Shown here: one piece after another, positions 25,141 through 40,000 of the stretch | Layout: each line of letters opens with the position of its first letter | How positions within the stretch are numbered: position 1 is the stretch's first letter | Source: Acanthaster planci | Taxonomy: Eukaryota | Length of the DNA stretch: 64,000 bases | Direction: 5' to 3' | Assembly: GCF_001949145.1 (NCBI RefSeq) | Contig: NW_019091362.1 | Location: 2,177,838-2,241,837 of the forward strand | Notes under the pieces: generated by a model | Databases searched by the model: none | The model's input: the letters and a program-made list of their open reading frames with translations, nothing else | What the model was told of the DNA's origin: nothing | Position numbers and translations under genes: made by a program

Positions 25141-28100
25141 CCGATCATCTATACTCTCGTGCTTCCGTCTCTACAATATGGCCTTTTGTTTGGCTAGTAT
25201 AAGATCGTCCATCCAACTTGATAAATCTGAGAAGTATTCACGTGTTTGTTGCTGTGGGTCGCTGATCTATATCTGTCCCAGCTTTATTTGAAGTCAAGCT
25301 TTTGCCGAAACTAATGATAATGGATCAACGGTTCACTTGTTTAATGTTTAGCCAGAGTGGAGAGGAGCGGGTGGGAGAAAGTTCATCACACTTGTTAAGT
25401 CAACTTGCATGTATAGTGATAGAGCGTATCTTTTTTCCGACCAGCTGTTAAGTTCATTACCGACAGGTGAATTCTATCCTGCGGCGAGTATACATTAGAA
25501 AAGGAAATAGGCTTTTAAGACGGATTTAAAGAACTCCTCTTCTATTGTGCATAAAAGTGTACGTTTCTTCGAGTACTCAGACATCTACTTCAGCTTCTCG
25601 TGCTTGCACGTTTAAAAAAACACAAAATAACTTAAAAAGCAAAACCTGAATCATGACACATTCAAGGCATTCGCCAAATCGAAAAAGATCACTCACAAAA
25701 TTACAACCCTGCTTGTAGGCTCAAGCGTATGATGGGTATGGTCTTTTTGTTACGTGGAGCTTACAGCTACGTTCGATGTAGGTAGCGCGGGCAAAACCTT
25801 TCTGATATGGCGGAACAACGTATACTTTGCTGGAACAGATTATACCAAGTTAGAGTGTGTAATTATTTTGTAAATAAGTGGATGAGAGGAAAAATGGTCG
25901 GTTCACCCATCCTCCACATATTTTGGGTACAGAACAAGAACTCAAGGTTAGAAAGACTATACAGTGAGCATATGTGAGATTATTATGGAATTAATTTTGA
26001 ACATTGCGATTTTTGCTACTATCTTTTGCCATCGGGAACACGAAGCACAGTAGGTTGAACTTCCCTCATTGATTCGAGTTTTTCCTTTTCAATTTTTAAT
26101 GTTGAAATATTCAATGCGTCACTGTCGTTGAATGCTTAATTACAATGTTTGCATAATGCTTGTAATGAACTGAAATTGTAATGAATGTTTGATTCAGAAA
26201 CAGGACAAATGCACCTTTACAAGGTCTCGCTGCAACATTTCTAGAAAGATATACTAAAAGATCATAAATGGAGACGACAGAAGATTTTGTTACCGCGTGC
26301 TTAGACACTAGTCTTCGTCATCGTTGTGGAAGGTGCTGGACTCTTTCAAATTTAATTGCAAACTGTTGATTTCAGTGCGTCTTTTCTTTGTTAAATTATT
26401 ATGGAAATATAAAATAAAAATAGTCTGTTCTTTGTTTGTATAAGTGTCAAATATGCAATACGTAGACATGCAAATGTAAGAAAGGGTAAAACTTACAAAA
26501 AATGGCCGTTTTCTTTGTGTCATCTAATTCACGTTCAGCCATTGGCGAGTGTCCTTTATAGTCAAAGTACGGCAAGCTAGCAAGTCTGAATCTAGTAATT
26601 GGTGGGATGCCCACGAAATTATATGCGGTGGCCTGACTACTTCGAGGGGGAGAGCGTTATCAGAAAGTGATCGCTTCGATCACAGCTTCGTTACGCCCCT
26701 GGCTACCCGAAACCCCCCGCGTCCCGGGTATAGCTTTAATTGACGAGGGTCCGGTAAACCGGTGAAGGGGGGGTGATGTCTGCTGTATCTCTTCGCTCCC
26801 CTGCGCGGTTCGTACTTTTTGGCGCGCGCACGTGAGACTTTGGCATTTGGCGTGAATAGCTCCTCATCTGGAGATGGATCAGGGTGTAAATGGGGCTTGA
26901 TGACTGATTCTTTTTTGTCTATTCGAGGACTGCCAATTTGAGTCTATCTGCTACGCCTTGGAAACCTTTCCTTGAAGGGAGGACGGGAAAGACATGAATG
27001 GTCATTCATTATCATTTTGCAGGCCAGCTGATGGTTTCATCTCCTGACACCTTGTAGCAACACTTGGCCTCAGTCTCGACGGCCGGCACAGTGCCTTTTT
27101 GACACATCGAACATTTTATTTCAAACCAGTAAGCTGACGAATCCACAATTAATACATATCGGCACCAATAATGTACAAGTTTTCCCCAGAATTCAGTGTA
27201 AACGAAGGAATGTCACAACCTCTTTTGGTGAGTGTGGATCACTTGTCTGTGTTTGTGGGCGTGGCAGAAGGTCACACTATTAATGCAAGTAGGATAACAT
27301 GCCAAAACGTGAACTACGCGAAGCACCAACAAATTAAAACAGATTTTCCTTTGAAGAACAGAGGGCAGCTCAGATTGCAGAGTACATGCATTTTGTCCTC
27401 GCCAGCGATATGCATCATCAAAAAAATCGTTATATGTGTCACTAATGTGCACAACAATGTAGAAATACCACGATCAATGCGTTTGCCTCTTGAATGTCCG
27501 AATCCCACCATGCTTGGCCCCAAGGTGTATTTTATTTGTAACATAAAAATTGAAATCCCATATCAACGACGGTAGTGCAATGGTGTTTATGTAGCCATGT
27601 CATGCACTGGCTAACATTAAAGTGCAAAAAATTTGCCATTGAGTGAACTTTTGTTGATATATAAATGTATCGATGAAAATCCTAGAGTTTCGAAATAATG
27701 GATTGCCTGAACGGGGCTGTGGCCGAGAGGTAAAATGATGTTTAAGATTAGGGCTATGTTCCTTGGCATGCTCAGCTAAATTCAGAGCCATATCCATTAG
27801 ATACCATGTAGAATTGTATTAAAGGTATACTTCAATGTGTAAAGTGCTTTGCACTTACTAAGTCTGTCATATCCACCAATTCATCATTTGTGTTGACGTG
27901 ACAAAAGTGACATGCTGAATGGCTTAGATTAATCATTTGAATCAATACTGTATTGTCCTTCGTTTTGATTGAAATCTGTGTGGTTTCATTTGAGTCTTGA
28001 TTGAGGGTTCGTTTAATGATAGTTTCCGACAAAAGTAAAGCCCATGCGGTCTATTTACACATCACAAGTTCTCAGTGTTTCGTAACGCGGTCGTTTCTTG

Positions 28101-28928
28101 ATGAGCGGTTGCGTAGCGAAAAACAAACAAACGCTTTTCCCTGGAGTAAACGGTATTGGAGAGGCCTCCCTATGCCTTCAGCAAAACTAATAAACGTTGC
28201 AGACATTTGGCCTGCCCGGCGTGTTTAATCGCCTGTACGTGCGTGTGTTTCAGTTCACATAACGAACAAAGGTTTACATTTGAATTTCTGAGCAGATCGT
28301 GTTGACAGTCTTAGATTGCTTTGTACAGCTCTGCCATTTCGGTGCCCTCCCGAGTGTTTACCTGGCTCGACCTTTGCTTGAATTTCGGTCTTAAGTTTCG
28401 GTATGAATTCTCCTCTCCACGTGGACAATAAGATTTGTGATGGAAATCATTGTTGTCCGACAATTTTGGGGTGGCAAGTATGTCATTGATTCACTGTTTT
28501 TCATCATTTTTGACAGAGTCGAAGTTGGTGTCACCTTGCCTAGTGAAATCTTACGGAGATAAAGTTCAAAATCAAACATGTGACCATGAATTTAAACCAG
28601 GAAGACTTGCGTATTCTTTGATGTCATTGTGACAATGCATGAACAAAATATTTAACCTCATACTGAAGATAAGCATCAAGTTATCGCTACGCACGCTAAT
28701 TATTACCTCGAATTATACTCCGACTCACCAATGAAGAAACTCAAGACATAATCTCTTCTGTTTCTTTTCGCAGCTTCAAGCATACTTTGAAACTTATCTA
28801 CCAGATACCAAATTTGTTGTGGCAAGCTGGCATCAGGAATTTCGGCTAACAGGCCCAAAACATGTCAACCAGTCAATCAATGGACACCCAGGTCCCATGT
28901 CCATGTAAATCAATTATCATTTGGCACC

Positions 28929-29108
28929 TACAATCCTGGACAAAATAGTTCGAACACCTCGTGGAAAGTGCGGTGAAAAGATCCCCCCACTCCGTTCAAT
29001 GTTGCGGTCATTTATTGGCCGAAGATTCGGCCCGACTTACCCAATGAGAAACTACATCGACAGGGGCTAGGGGGAGGTATGTTCCAACCAGATTTGTCCA
29101 GGATTGTA
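28929..29108. mobile_element. Tc1/mariner-like MITE with TA target duplication
   Basis: TA|CAATCCTGGACAAA ... TTTGTCCAGGATTG|TA perfect terminal inverted repeat. Confidence 0.75.
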
Positions 29109-32100
29109 GGCCAGTCATTAATGAATGGACACCAAGACCAAGGAGCAATCAAGCTAGGATCAAATCATGTGGTCAATATTCTGGGGTACAGGGTTGTGCT
29201 AAGTAACATAATACAACATACCCCTCCCCAGGGTTTATAAGGGGGAGTGGCTGGCCTTACACAGATCAAGTCACAGTGTGTTATAACTCACATCAATATC
29301 AGTAACAACGTCAACAGGTATAGCAACAATACATACATGTCAGAGTATTAGAAGGTATCTTTGAATCCTGTAGAACAAACAATGTCACTTTTAAATGAAA
29401 CCTGCCAGAGTGGTGGCAGACAAATTGATCCAACTTTCTCAAAACGTTGTGACAGAATGATCCACGTGTGCGTTTTCCCCTTACAATGTCACTGTTCTGG
29501 TGTTGCATATCAGTACTACCTCGACCCTTCGCCTGATTGGTCAAAACGCTTGGCTGTGATTGGTTAAACTTCTTGGTAATGTTTGGTTTAAAACTCTTAT
29601 CTAAATATCTGTGATTGGTCTAGTCTATGAAATATTTGCGCTACAATCACAAAAGCAAAAGCCCATGTTTTAACTTTAACATGGGGAGGGGGCAAAGTGA
29701 GTGTGAAACAGAACAAGGGCCAACATTTATGAAAGCTTTTGGAGACAATAAACACACAGTGTTAATTGAAGAATAAACCACTCTAAACCATGAGAAGAAG
29801 TACACCTGTGTTTTGCCAAGTATGAGGTATTCTGTCATAACATGCATTTTCACAAAATCTCTTGCCATACTCCGATAAACAGTCTGGATGCACACCGATG
29901 CGATACAAATTCAATCGTGAGCACTATTAGGGTAAAGTGTGCCAGTCTAAAACAATTTTCACTTTTTTCAGGTTCTGTAAGTAAGTTTGCCGTTTTAAAA
30001 GTTGTGAAACAGCGGCCGAATCAAACGTTGTGTCACATTACAAATGTCGGAATGGATTAAACAAAAAGGAAAAGGGTGAAATCGTTTCGTTTCTTTGTCA
30101 TCTCACTGCCAGTAAAAGTTGTACACACATTTTGAAAAGTACACGTACTTTAATGGGCTGAAAATATCCTCAAGCTTATAGCGTTGAAACGCGTGCGTGC
30201 ATAATGTTAAATTCACTCATAGTTTTAGGCTGGATTTTTTTCCAACTTCATAACGTTATTGACATCCCGGTTCGAAAAATCTTGTAAACCCACAGAGACA
30301 AATGAAACAAATCCTGATGACAATGACTGTCGCAATGCTGCGCGAGAAAGTCCAGACCCCGAGAAAATGTAACAGATGGCAAATAACTCGGACGTGACTA
30401 TGCCAAGGTTAGGCGGTACGTGCAGTACCGTCGTCGGGCGAGCCTTCTAACGAGAAACATGCCCGGAGATGGGAGCGTTTTAGGGGCAATTTGCAAGAGG
30501 GGCAATATTTTTTAATATTACCGTTTCGTCCAATTCATTGCGCAAAGCAGCCTGCAGAAAGCATTGTATTAACATCTGCGCTCAGCGGTGAATAGGGACT
30601 ATTCCGCGTACACACCATGTAATGAAGGTCCGTGTCTGACACATAATTATAATACACGTACTAGATTTTACACAGTTGGAGCTTTAGTTGAATACTTTGA
30701 TTTATGTATACAATAGAGAATAGCGTACGTGACATTGACATGATTATACAGTATACAGCTTTGCTTCCAGTGATAGGTTATCGAAATGACGTTTTTAAAA
30801 GATAAATTCTTGAATTCCGTGTTATTGAAACAATATTGTCAATTTTTCTTTAATTCTGGTTTTCTTCAGGGAAACATCACCGAATTCATAACTTTAGAGA
30901 TATTTTCCGTTGAAATTCGTATTTCTGAGGCACGCTGTTATTGAAACTTGGATCTCCTTAAGCTGAGGTTAGTACTGAATTATGTTTCTGTTTCTTAAGT
31001 GTACAAGAATTATGCCGTGTTTTGCTGCGATATGTCGAAGAATCAACGCAAGGTGTCTTCACATTTTATTTGTCTTATATAAACGTGAATCTTGGACAGT
31101 GTCTTTTCACGGTTACCAGGCCACAGTAAGTATGAACCATACTGTTGACCATGTGCGTAAAAAAGACAATGTTCAATGGAGTTGATATTTTGCAACATGA
31201 ATGCCTTTAAAAATGCTAGTATCAAGAAAAGAGCTTCACTCAGATTCCCTCCCCAGTGGTCGGTTGGTAAGACAACAGCTGGCTCTTCCAAGGAAAAGAG
31301 TCGGGAATTATTTTCGAATCAACGATTATTGACTAAGCCGACCATGAGTTGGCTTCATAGCCTTCTAAGAGGATATAGTAAAAATAAAAGCAAATATCAT
31401 ACAGACTATGGCTCAGATAACCGGGGCCGGTATTTTGTACCGTAACTTGCACAAAACAAAATGTTTTCCCAGTTAAGAGATCTCCACGCTTGTGCATAAT
31501 GTTTAGATTCAGTTTTGGAACAGACAAGCCACTTTGAAGTAAAAAGTAAACGTAGGTTTAATACTGAGATATAGAATGATATTAAATACCTGTCATTCTG
31601 AATGCACTGATTAGCATATGGTGTGATGTGAAGTTTCAAAACTTCAAAAGCAATTTAATTGGAATAGCTTCGTTGGAAATTAGAATTAAACTACAGTGAT
31701 ACCTTTAAAACAACCGAATGTTTTTCGTGCAGACTATCATCTAAAACGTGCCAATTGCCAGTTGGTCTATGGCGAGTAGTGGGTCGAGTATGCAGCGGAA
31801 TATGTGTCTCTAGCCATCTCGAACCCTTCATTTAGATTGGATAATCCTTCCTCAGAAAGCTCTCCTTGCATGGCGAACAGGACGTGCCTAAGTGGTCATT
31901 CGGGCTACTTCCTGACCGCTGTTTAGCTCAAAGTAGTGGTTTCAAAAGACGACGCGTCTCCAGGCATTTGCTAGGGAATGCATTAACGCGGGCAGCCAGC
32001 AACCTCTCGGTAGCTATGAAGGCGTACGGCCGCACACCAAGGCTACGCATCCTGCGCCTGACTGCGAATAAACCGTTTCCATGGTGTCGTGACTTCTGGC

Positions 32101-33604
32101 AATGAGAGTTTTTGGCTGCTCGCATAAGGGTTTTTCGGCTGGATGTAATCTTCTGGTCTCTTTTCTGTCTCCCTTTTGTCTTAGTATTTACATCGACGGT
32201 CTTCAGGAAAGGTGATCGTACCTTTCTTAAGAAGAGAGTTCAGGCGAACGAGTTCCATCTATAACGCTATAGCTCATTTCTGGGTCTGTACAGTAATTGT
32301 TGTCTGAATTGTCCTATCAACGTCAATTTCAAAGAAAAAACGTTGTTTGGTTTTGATTGTATTTTTTTCATCTCAAGGCCTTGATACACCATCACAAGGT
32401 CTGGTGTGTTGAAAAATTACCTTTTTTACTCTGCAGATGACGCCTTTATACGCGCATATTTTTTATTAAAATTCATCGTTGGGGGAGTTTTGATGGACTT
32501 CCTCCCTAGTGCTTCTTGCTCGACGTGTTTCGAATAAAATTAAGTTTAAAGTTACACTCGTTTGTTATCATCGAGCCGGGGAAGCTGCAGGCTCCTTTCA
32601 CTACAGGAGTGTCAGGTTATCCTTCGGGTTTACTCTCTTGAGTATTGTTACAAATGGGGGAACTGGGGCGACTCGACGGTAAAGGCAAACAGTGATCAGC
32701 AAAGGGAACCATTTTTACACTAGTTGAAGTAAACAGTGTGCGGGGGGAACTCTCTGCTGCTCACTTTACATCTTCCATTGTAAAATTCAAAATGCCCACC
32801 TTTTTCAAAACCGTGGTGCACACGACATCGAAACCAGGTGTATAGCTTCATGCGATAGCAACGTCTGAGAGCCATGGGGACTGTAACCCTATTATCCTCA
32901 TAGGTATCCTCTGGGAAGGGGTGGGGCAGATGTTACTATACTCAAACAGGCCGATAAGCGCTTGGGCAAATATAGAAGCGAGGCCGCTTCAAGACTTCTC
33001 CTTGCTTTATTTTAACATATGTTAGTCCGTGAACTGAATTCGCGAGCACGGTACAAATGGTTACCGAGGCTGAAAAAGAAATCTTTCAATCAATTTTTCT
33101 ACAATGCTGGTATCTTTGCCCCTGACTGTTTTGCTAAGCTTCCGTCTGTCTTTGAATACGGCGTAATAGCTCGACACTATGCCGTATAATTGAACCCCAA
33201 AAGATTTCCTATACAGCATTCTCAACATCTTTGAAAGTTAGCTCCAAACTGAGCACGCGATTTCAAGTCGAAATCCGTGTTGTTTGTATTGTGCCTACGT
33301 TAATTTCATTTCCAGTCGGCGTTGGGAATTAATTTCACTCTTCCAGTGTCTCCATACAAACTTCATGGTCCACATGGGAAGCGTGTTAAAAGAATCATGA
33401 TGCATATACTGGGGAGGTGGGGAAGCTCGCCTTTTTTCTGTCATTTTGACAATTCTGTCAATTTGACACCATTCATCCAAAATTTGGCACTTTATATATG
33501 ACATGACATTGTAAACATGTTGGGTATATGCACATGAGACTTCTGCGCTATAGTTGGGTTGGCCCAACTATAGCAGTCTATAGTTGGGACGAGCCCAAAT
33601 ATAA

Positions 33605-33856
33605 TTAGGACTGATGCTGTAGTTGGGGGGGGGTAACATCGACCTTAACGTCGTTCCGATTGAGGAACTCCACCGGGTCATCCGAAAAACAGTCGATTTT
33701 TCGTGGTACATCCACACAAAAGGAGGAGACCACCAGACCATTTAAAGCACTAAAAATAACAACATGTTTCTGTCGTCTGGTTCTATAGGGATCGCTGCTC
33801 CCCATATGTAGTATGTGCACAGGGACTCACTGTGTTGGACGCCGGGAGCCGAGCAT
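33605..33856 (-). CDS. Candidate two-exon small ORF, 56 aa: join(33856-33831, 33749-33605)
   Basis: GCCATG start, donor CA|GTGAGT, 81-bp intron, acceptor tttttag|T in matching phase. Product MLGSRRPTHALNGLVVSSFCVDVPRKIDCFSDDPVEFLNRNDVKVDVTPPQLQHQS. Confidence 0.25.
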
Positions 33857-34117
33857 GGCAGGGATGGTTATCCCCCAAGGAAAAGTGTTTTAGTTAGGCC
33901 TATAGCGATTCTCCAACTGAGACCAGAAAATCTGCAAAATAATTCCTACATGCAACATTGTTCTTGCTGGCTTAGCTGAGAGCAATATTTCAAAAAGTAA
34001 TACAGCATTGCTCCTCAAAGCAATGGTGGAATGCCGCCCAATATTTTCAAGTAGGCGTATTTTTTTTTACTCCTCACGCATCGTTATAGGACTGTTCTCT
34101 TATCAATGACCGCATAC

Positions 34118-34324
34118 TAGACCGTATTCGCGGCGTTGCCAATTTCAGTCGTATTCCTGAGCGTACAGTATAATTTTGAAACCCTTAATGGGATGGACCA
34201 ATGTGATTTTGGGGGTCGGAATGAAATCGCAGAATACAGTTTGGTTCTTTGAATTTAACGTTCTCAAATAAATACACTACGTTGGGGAATACGACTGAAA
34301 TTGGGGACGCCCGCATACGGTCTA
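34118..34324. mobile_element. MITE with about 48-bp imperfect TIRs (TAGACC...GGTCTA)
   Basis: tagaccgtattcgcggcgttgccaatttcagtcgtattcc pairs with ggaatacgactgaaattggggacgcccgcatacggtcta. Confidence 0.75.
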
Positions 34325-36849
34325 TTAAGAGACTTGATTAAGATCAGGTTGAAGCGACCTGTATTGTTGTCAGTAAAAATATAGCACGTAGGGAACAGGT
34401 GTATTTTGTTCAGTTGTGCTTTACAGTAAATGTTTAATTCGTGAAACATATTTGTTCTGTTTTCCTTCTTAACTTATTTCGGTTTGCAGACCATTTTGTT
34501 TCTTATGACGCTATGATATTATATTTGTGGGTTGTGGAAAGCTGTTGATTTTACTTTGCAGGTTCAATATTTCACAGGTAGGTTGTTTACCTCTGAGAAT
34601 TGATTTCTAAATATTCCTAGTCCACATTACATGTGCAAACACTCCTCTCTTGAATTCACTCGAATACAATTAGAGCCGTCTCGGAAAATGCCCCTTGCAA
34701 TACGGAGCAAATATTGCACTGCGTCATGAAAACGGAAACCAATTGATCAAAACACTGACGCAGCCCACGGCTATTTCATGGCGTTATCTGGAGCACAAAC
34801 ACACGACACTACAGAAGTGATTTCCCAAAAGCAGTTTCGGGCCCGTGGAAGATTGGGTCTGATAAATAAACGATGCTTCATTTCTTCTACCTTTTTAATC
34901 CAGTTAGTTGGGGCATGCAATGAGCAATGGAAAACACGAACAAATGTTGATACCCTGAGTGAAACTAAACGCTTTGTACTCCCCCGGGACCATCAACTTG
35001 CACGCAACCCTTGGGGTAGCAGGCGAGGTTACCAACTGGTTCTGTTTTTTCTCCTGAACGGCTTTGCACGTGCATGGGTGCTGTTTCTCTACCGCGTTAT
35101 CATAGTAGTTGAGTATACCGTTTTAACCCTTGATGTGAATACTGTATCGCATTGCCATGCTCTCAGACAGTTCAAATGCCAATCCCAACCATCATAAAGA
35201 TGTCACGACTTATCATTTTCGGATCATTTTTGAATTGACTAAGTGTACGTTGTATTACGTAGGTTAAGATGTTCATTCACACGCTGCGTTGAAGGTTCGT
35301 CCAGAGGTGTAAATGCAAAAAGCAACGCGACAGATTTAGCGTTTACTTCACTATTCAAGAATGTGTGGGAAGGGAACTATGACAGATCTCAGAATCGTAA
35401 ACAGCACGTCCTCGTTAAAACCAAACCAAGCCAAAAAATCACGGGCGCCTTGCAAAAGTGGTTTTCAGTTTTTGCTGGAAACAATGAATGCTCCAGGATC
35501 CTTCGTTGGGTAGTTCACGTAGGAATTTTATACTTTAATGTAAGTCACCGGCAGAAGACCTGTTATGACCGAAGAAATCGTGATGAAGTCAACAGGTGCA
35601 AGGTGCGTGTTATCGGTCTCATTGTCTGCAATGAATAAACAGCATAGTGGCATCTTCCATCATAACTCAAACTCTCCTGTAACACTTCCCCGTGCAAATA
35701 CCCACAGTGCAAAAATATTTCAACCAAATCACAACAGTGTGCCATCTAAAGTTTGCTTTGAAGAGACCGGTTTGCTTCAAAGGAACCATTTTAGACTTCA
35801 CAGTCGAACAACTTGGGCTTAACCAGTCGTTTTGGGTTGCTTGCTTGCGTGGACACACCTAATACACGTGATATTTGGAGGCCCCGTAAGTGATTATAAT
35901 TAATTGTATATAACGGGTTTGCCCTTACCCAACGTATATTAATAAGCACTGTATGCTCAGTGCAATTAACAGCTCCCCAACGCAAAAATACATCTTGAAA
36001 ATGATTATAATTAACTTTTTTCCCAAACAGAAAATAAAAATTCGGAGGTGTCTAAAACAAAGCTGTAAAAAGTGCCCCGTGCAAAAAAAAAAGTGTACGA
36101 ATGTACAAAAGTCAACAGCACAAACAAGTGAAAATAAAAACTCTCAAATGACCTCCTGTTGGTGCACTGTACAGTGACATTTTTCATGTTAAATAACAGT
36201 TGCCCCGCAGTAACTGTTCAGACAAGCACAGAAGGCGGTTTTGCCCTCATGACAATATCGAACTCAGACAACAATCAAGAATTATTGACTCCAGCGCATC
36301 TCCTCCCTCATATTGCCTATATCCCTTCCCCAAAAAATAATTAATAAATGAATTTTAATTTCTTAACATTTTTTATTTGTGATTTTTGCAAAACTTTAAC
36401 AGTAGTCAAAAGAAGGTTTTTGTGTTGCAACTGGTTAAATGGTAATTTTCCAAGGCACTCCGGTTACATTTTTAATAAATATTCTAAATACATGTACGGT
36501 ACTTGATGATTTCACATTTTAATTCTCCTCGAACCGTCTAGACCGACTAATCACACTAGCTGATGTATTGTCAGCCGTCTAGTGCCTTCAATAAAAACCA
36601 CAGCAGATTTTGCCGCGTATAACGATTCATATATAGACTACCAGGCGTGTTTTCTTTTGCTATTAGCAACTTCATGTTTTAAGTACTTTTGATTTCACAG
36701 CATTTGTCTGTTGTGGGGTAATGCGTAGTACTGTACTTTTATGATTTAATTTTCAATTTTAAGGACCAATCAGTATAATGTGCTTTTTTTTATATTTTTC
36801 TATGTTTACACGTCGGTCCCAACGTGGGCTTCATGTAATGGCCGTGTGT

Positions 36850-37026
36850 AGGCCGGTTCATACTACAGGCGAATGTGAAAGCGAAATGAAGCTGATTTCA
36901 CAAAAGATTTGCCGCAAAATTTTGCTCAAGTTGAAATGTGTTCATGTATTCGCAGCGTGAATATTTGATCTGACGTCACAAATTCGCGTTTGTGTTCGCT
37001 TTTGTTAGTGTAGCATGAACTGGCCT
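36850..37026. mobile_element. PIF/Harbinger-like MITE
   Basis: aggccggttcatactaca pairs with tgtagcatgaactggcct. Internal gcgaa/ttcgc repeats. Confidence 0.65.
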
Positions 37027-40000
37027 CGATTTGACCATTCAAGTCAATTCAAACAATCGATTTCTCTGGAAGGGATTTGGAAAATACAATTTTTATTAGC
37101 ACTTCTTTCAAAGGTAGCTTTTTACTAGTAACCATTTCCACTCTGTTTCCTCACATCCTTGGGTGCTGTTGCTATGACATAACTTTATACACGCCTAAAG
37201 CCAGTTTTAAAAAGTTGTACACAGTTCATATACATTGGCTGTCGTGAACAAAATGATCGAAGAAACATCCCAAACGGAGAGAATTACTCCCAACAAGAAA
37301 CCAAAATTTGTGGGATTTAACGGGACCCTTACAAATGCAAATTTTGGGAATTGGGGTCAACAAAACATTTCACGGAACCTACAGAGTACTGATTTCTAGT
37401 TGTATTTACGCAAGTATGTACATGTACATCCCTAATACTCCTTCAAGTGGATGGAGAATTGGTTTCAACAATCAACCTGGTGTTCGATTTCTGGTTTCCC
37501 GTAAAACAAAATAGTCAAAGTGCTTGCAAATGTGTTTTTCCCATACATAAGAGGACGTCATTCTGCGGCGACAATGACAGACATATTAACGGCACCTGCC
37601 TCCCTGGACGTCTGGCCCATTAAAGGCCGGCGGTGGTATAATTGTTCCAGTCGCACTGGACTGCAATCAACACCTGCTAGCGTACGGCATTTCATTTCAC
37701 GTTGGCAGGTAAGCGTTATTGTGTTGGGAAGGTCAAACTAAATGAACGGGGCAGGTATGTACCATGAAGATGTCAGCAGGGACTCTTAAGAGACAAACAA
37801 AGCATTATTTTGTTACACCTGATGCCAGAATGCGTTTTCATTATGAGTGAGGATCATGATGTTGCAATATTGTAGTTTTTCTGCCCTGGCCTGCTTCGCG
37901 ATTTGCAAATCTGGCGACTTTCACCGAAGTGGTGGATCAGTTGGTTGAGAGAATGATTTTGATAGATCGTGTCCACAAAAAACACAAAATAAAAACAAAA
38001 AAGACCGAAGTGTCGCCTGCGTGCGCTACTCACCAACACTGCTCCTTATACCAAGCCTTTTATTCTGAGTTGAAGCCGCCAGACGGTTTCCGAGTGACGC
38101 AAAATGATGGTACTTTCCGTTTCACAATCTTGAAGTGTGCACCGGAAGTGTACACCAGAAGAATGAAAACACGTGATCGAAGCCACGACGTAAAAATGTA
38201 AAATTGCTGACAAAGTAAATTCAAAGCCAATGCTATTAATACCAAGAGCGATTTTCTTCAGTGACAGTAAAGCAAGGGCACAGATTATTAGGGCAAGAGA
38301 CTGCATATCTTTTGCAAACAAACAAGAATGCCCAAATACAAAGTCATCAGGTTTTTTCTTTTTTCTTAAGCCGATTTGTCGATAGAGGGCGCGCTGACAA
38401 TGACCAGCAATTCAAGCTAGGCGATAACTCCCAATAACATAATTTTATAGTTAGATCCTGTTTCCAGACCAAAAGGCTCCAACTAAATGGGGTCTGGTAG
38501 CAACATTCATGTGACCAAAACAGGGGGAGTCCTTCTCCTTTTGTGAAAGTTTCGGAACTGGTCCTTTATTTTCCAGACCTACGCTGAGTTTTAGTCAGTT
38601 GCCTTGTTTCTTTGATTTACCTTCATGTGACGTTCCATATCTTTTTGGAAGCATACTTTTGCACATCGTTTGACGAACCACACTCTTGGAAAACTGACAA
38701 GCGCACACCGAGTAAGTTACAAGAGACCTCAAGGAATTGCGACGTGCGTTATTTTTACCTGTGGAAGATGTTTTGTCAGAGGAAAGTCAAGTCTGACATG
38801 TCACAGGGAAACCCCTAAGAGGAGTGAAGACTAGTCTCTTCTCAAGACTGGCAATAATAAGATTTTCCCATTGGAAGTACTTGGTGTCCCAAGACAGTTG
38901 TGTAATAAAAACACGCGACGCGTGTAGGCAATATGCACCCAAACGCGTAACGGTGGTCATGGCTATTAGACATGGTGCAGGAACCATTTCCGACTGAAAA
39001 CAAAGCCATTAACAGCCAAGCAACACTGATTGATGAAATGACACAAGAAGGCAGAGCAGAGTCTTGGAACACAAAATACCCAACTACTTTCCTACACGCA
39101 CAGAAAATGTCATCCTCGGACAATTTGCACAACGGCGGGTAAGAACAAACTTTATGCTACTCTAACGAGAAACGCTTGTGATTAAAAAACACCATGGCAG
39201 TCTCGGCCTATTTATGTATCGTGTCACCTGCTCAAACACCTCTTATGTATTAAATGAATGAGGTGGATCTTATCTGACAATTAGCCTGATTTATTACTTG
39301 TACATTGCATATTATATCCTTGTCTGTGTATCACCCAAATTCCGACCTATGATCCTCACGAAAAACTCACTACATTATTGTAGGTTTGTCGCATTTGTCA
39401 CGCTGTATCAAAGTACAAACTAAATGTGTTTTTACATAAACAGTAAGCCGTTTGTATTGCGTTATTTTGTTTTATAACACTTTAATCGCTGAAATCGAGT
39501 CTGCGATTCCCTTCCATGTCGCTCATTTTGGGACTCTATATCACTTTGTTTCATTTACACGGAGCAACACAGTATAACTGAGCATAAACCGTTCTTTAAA
39601 AAGTAGCACAATTAATAAAAGAATCCACAGCAAACAACAAAAATATCAAGACTTGAAAACTACGAGCTATGTTTTATTTATAAAACTGCATCTGTTCTGA
39701 AGCTTAATTGATATATAAAACAAATCACAATTTTTATGAGAGTAAATTTTTTGACTCTATATTTCAGGTATAAAGTACGTAAAACGTGATATTTATAGTA
39801 ATAAAATCAATAATGACAGGGTAATTATTATCCCCACTAAAAATACTTCTAATCAATAATTACAAGCAGTAATGAACATGCTCTTCTGCCCAAAATACGG
39901 TATTGCTTACAAGCTAACTTAACTTGTAAAAAGTATTTAAACAAAAATGAAAATGATAGATGAAAAAAAAATAAAAACTATAAATTATGTGTGTATGCAT

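Noticed and set aside
29530..29620. Cluster of three ATTGG (CCAAT) boxes
   Set aside because: No associated gene start is visible, and GATTGG clusters are frequent in repeats in this window.
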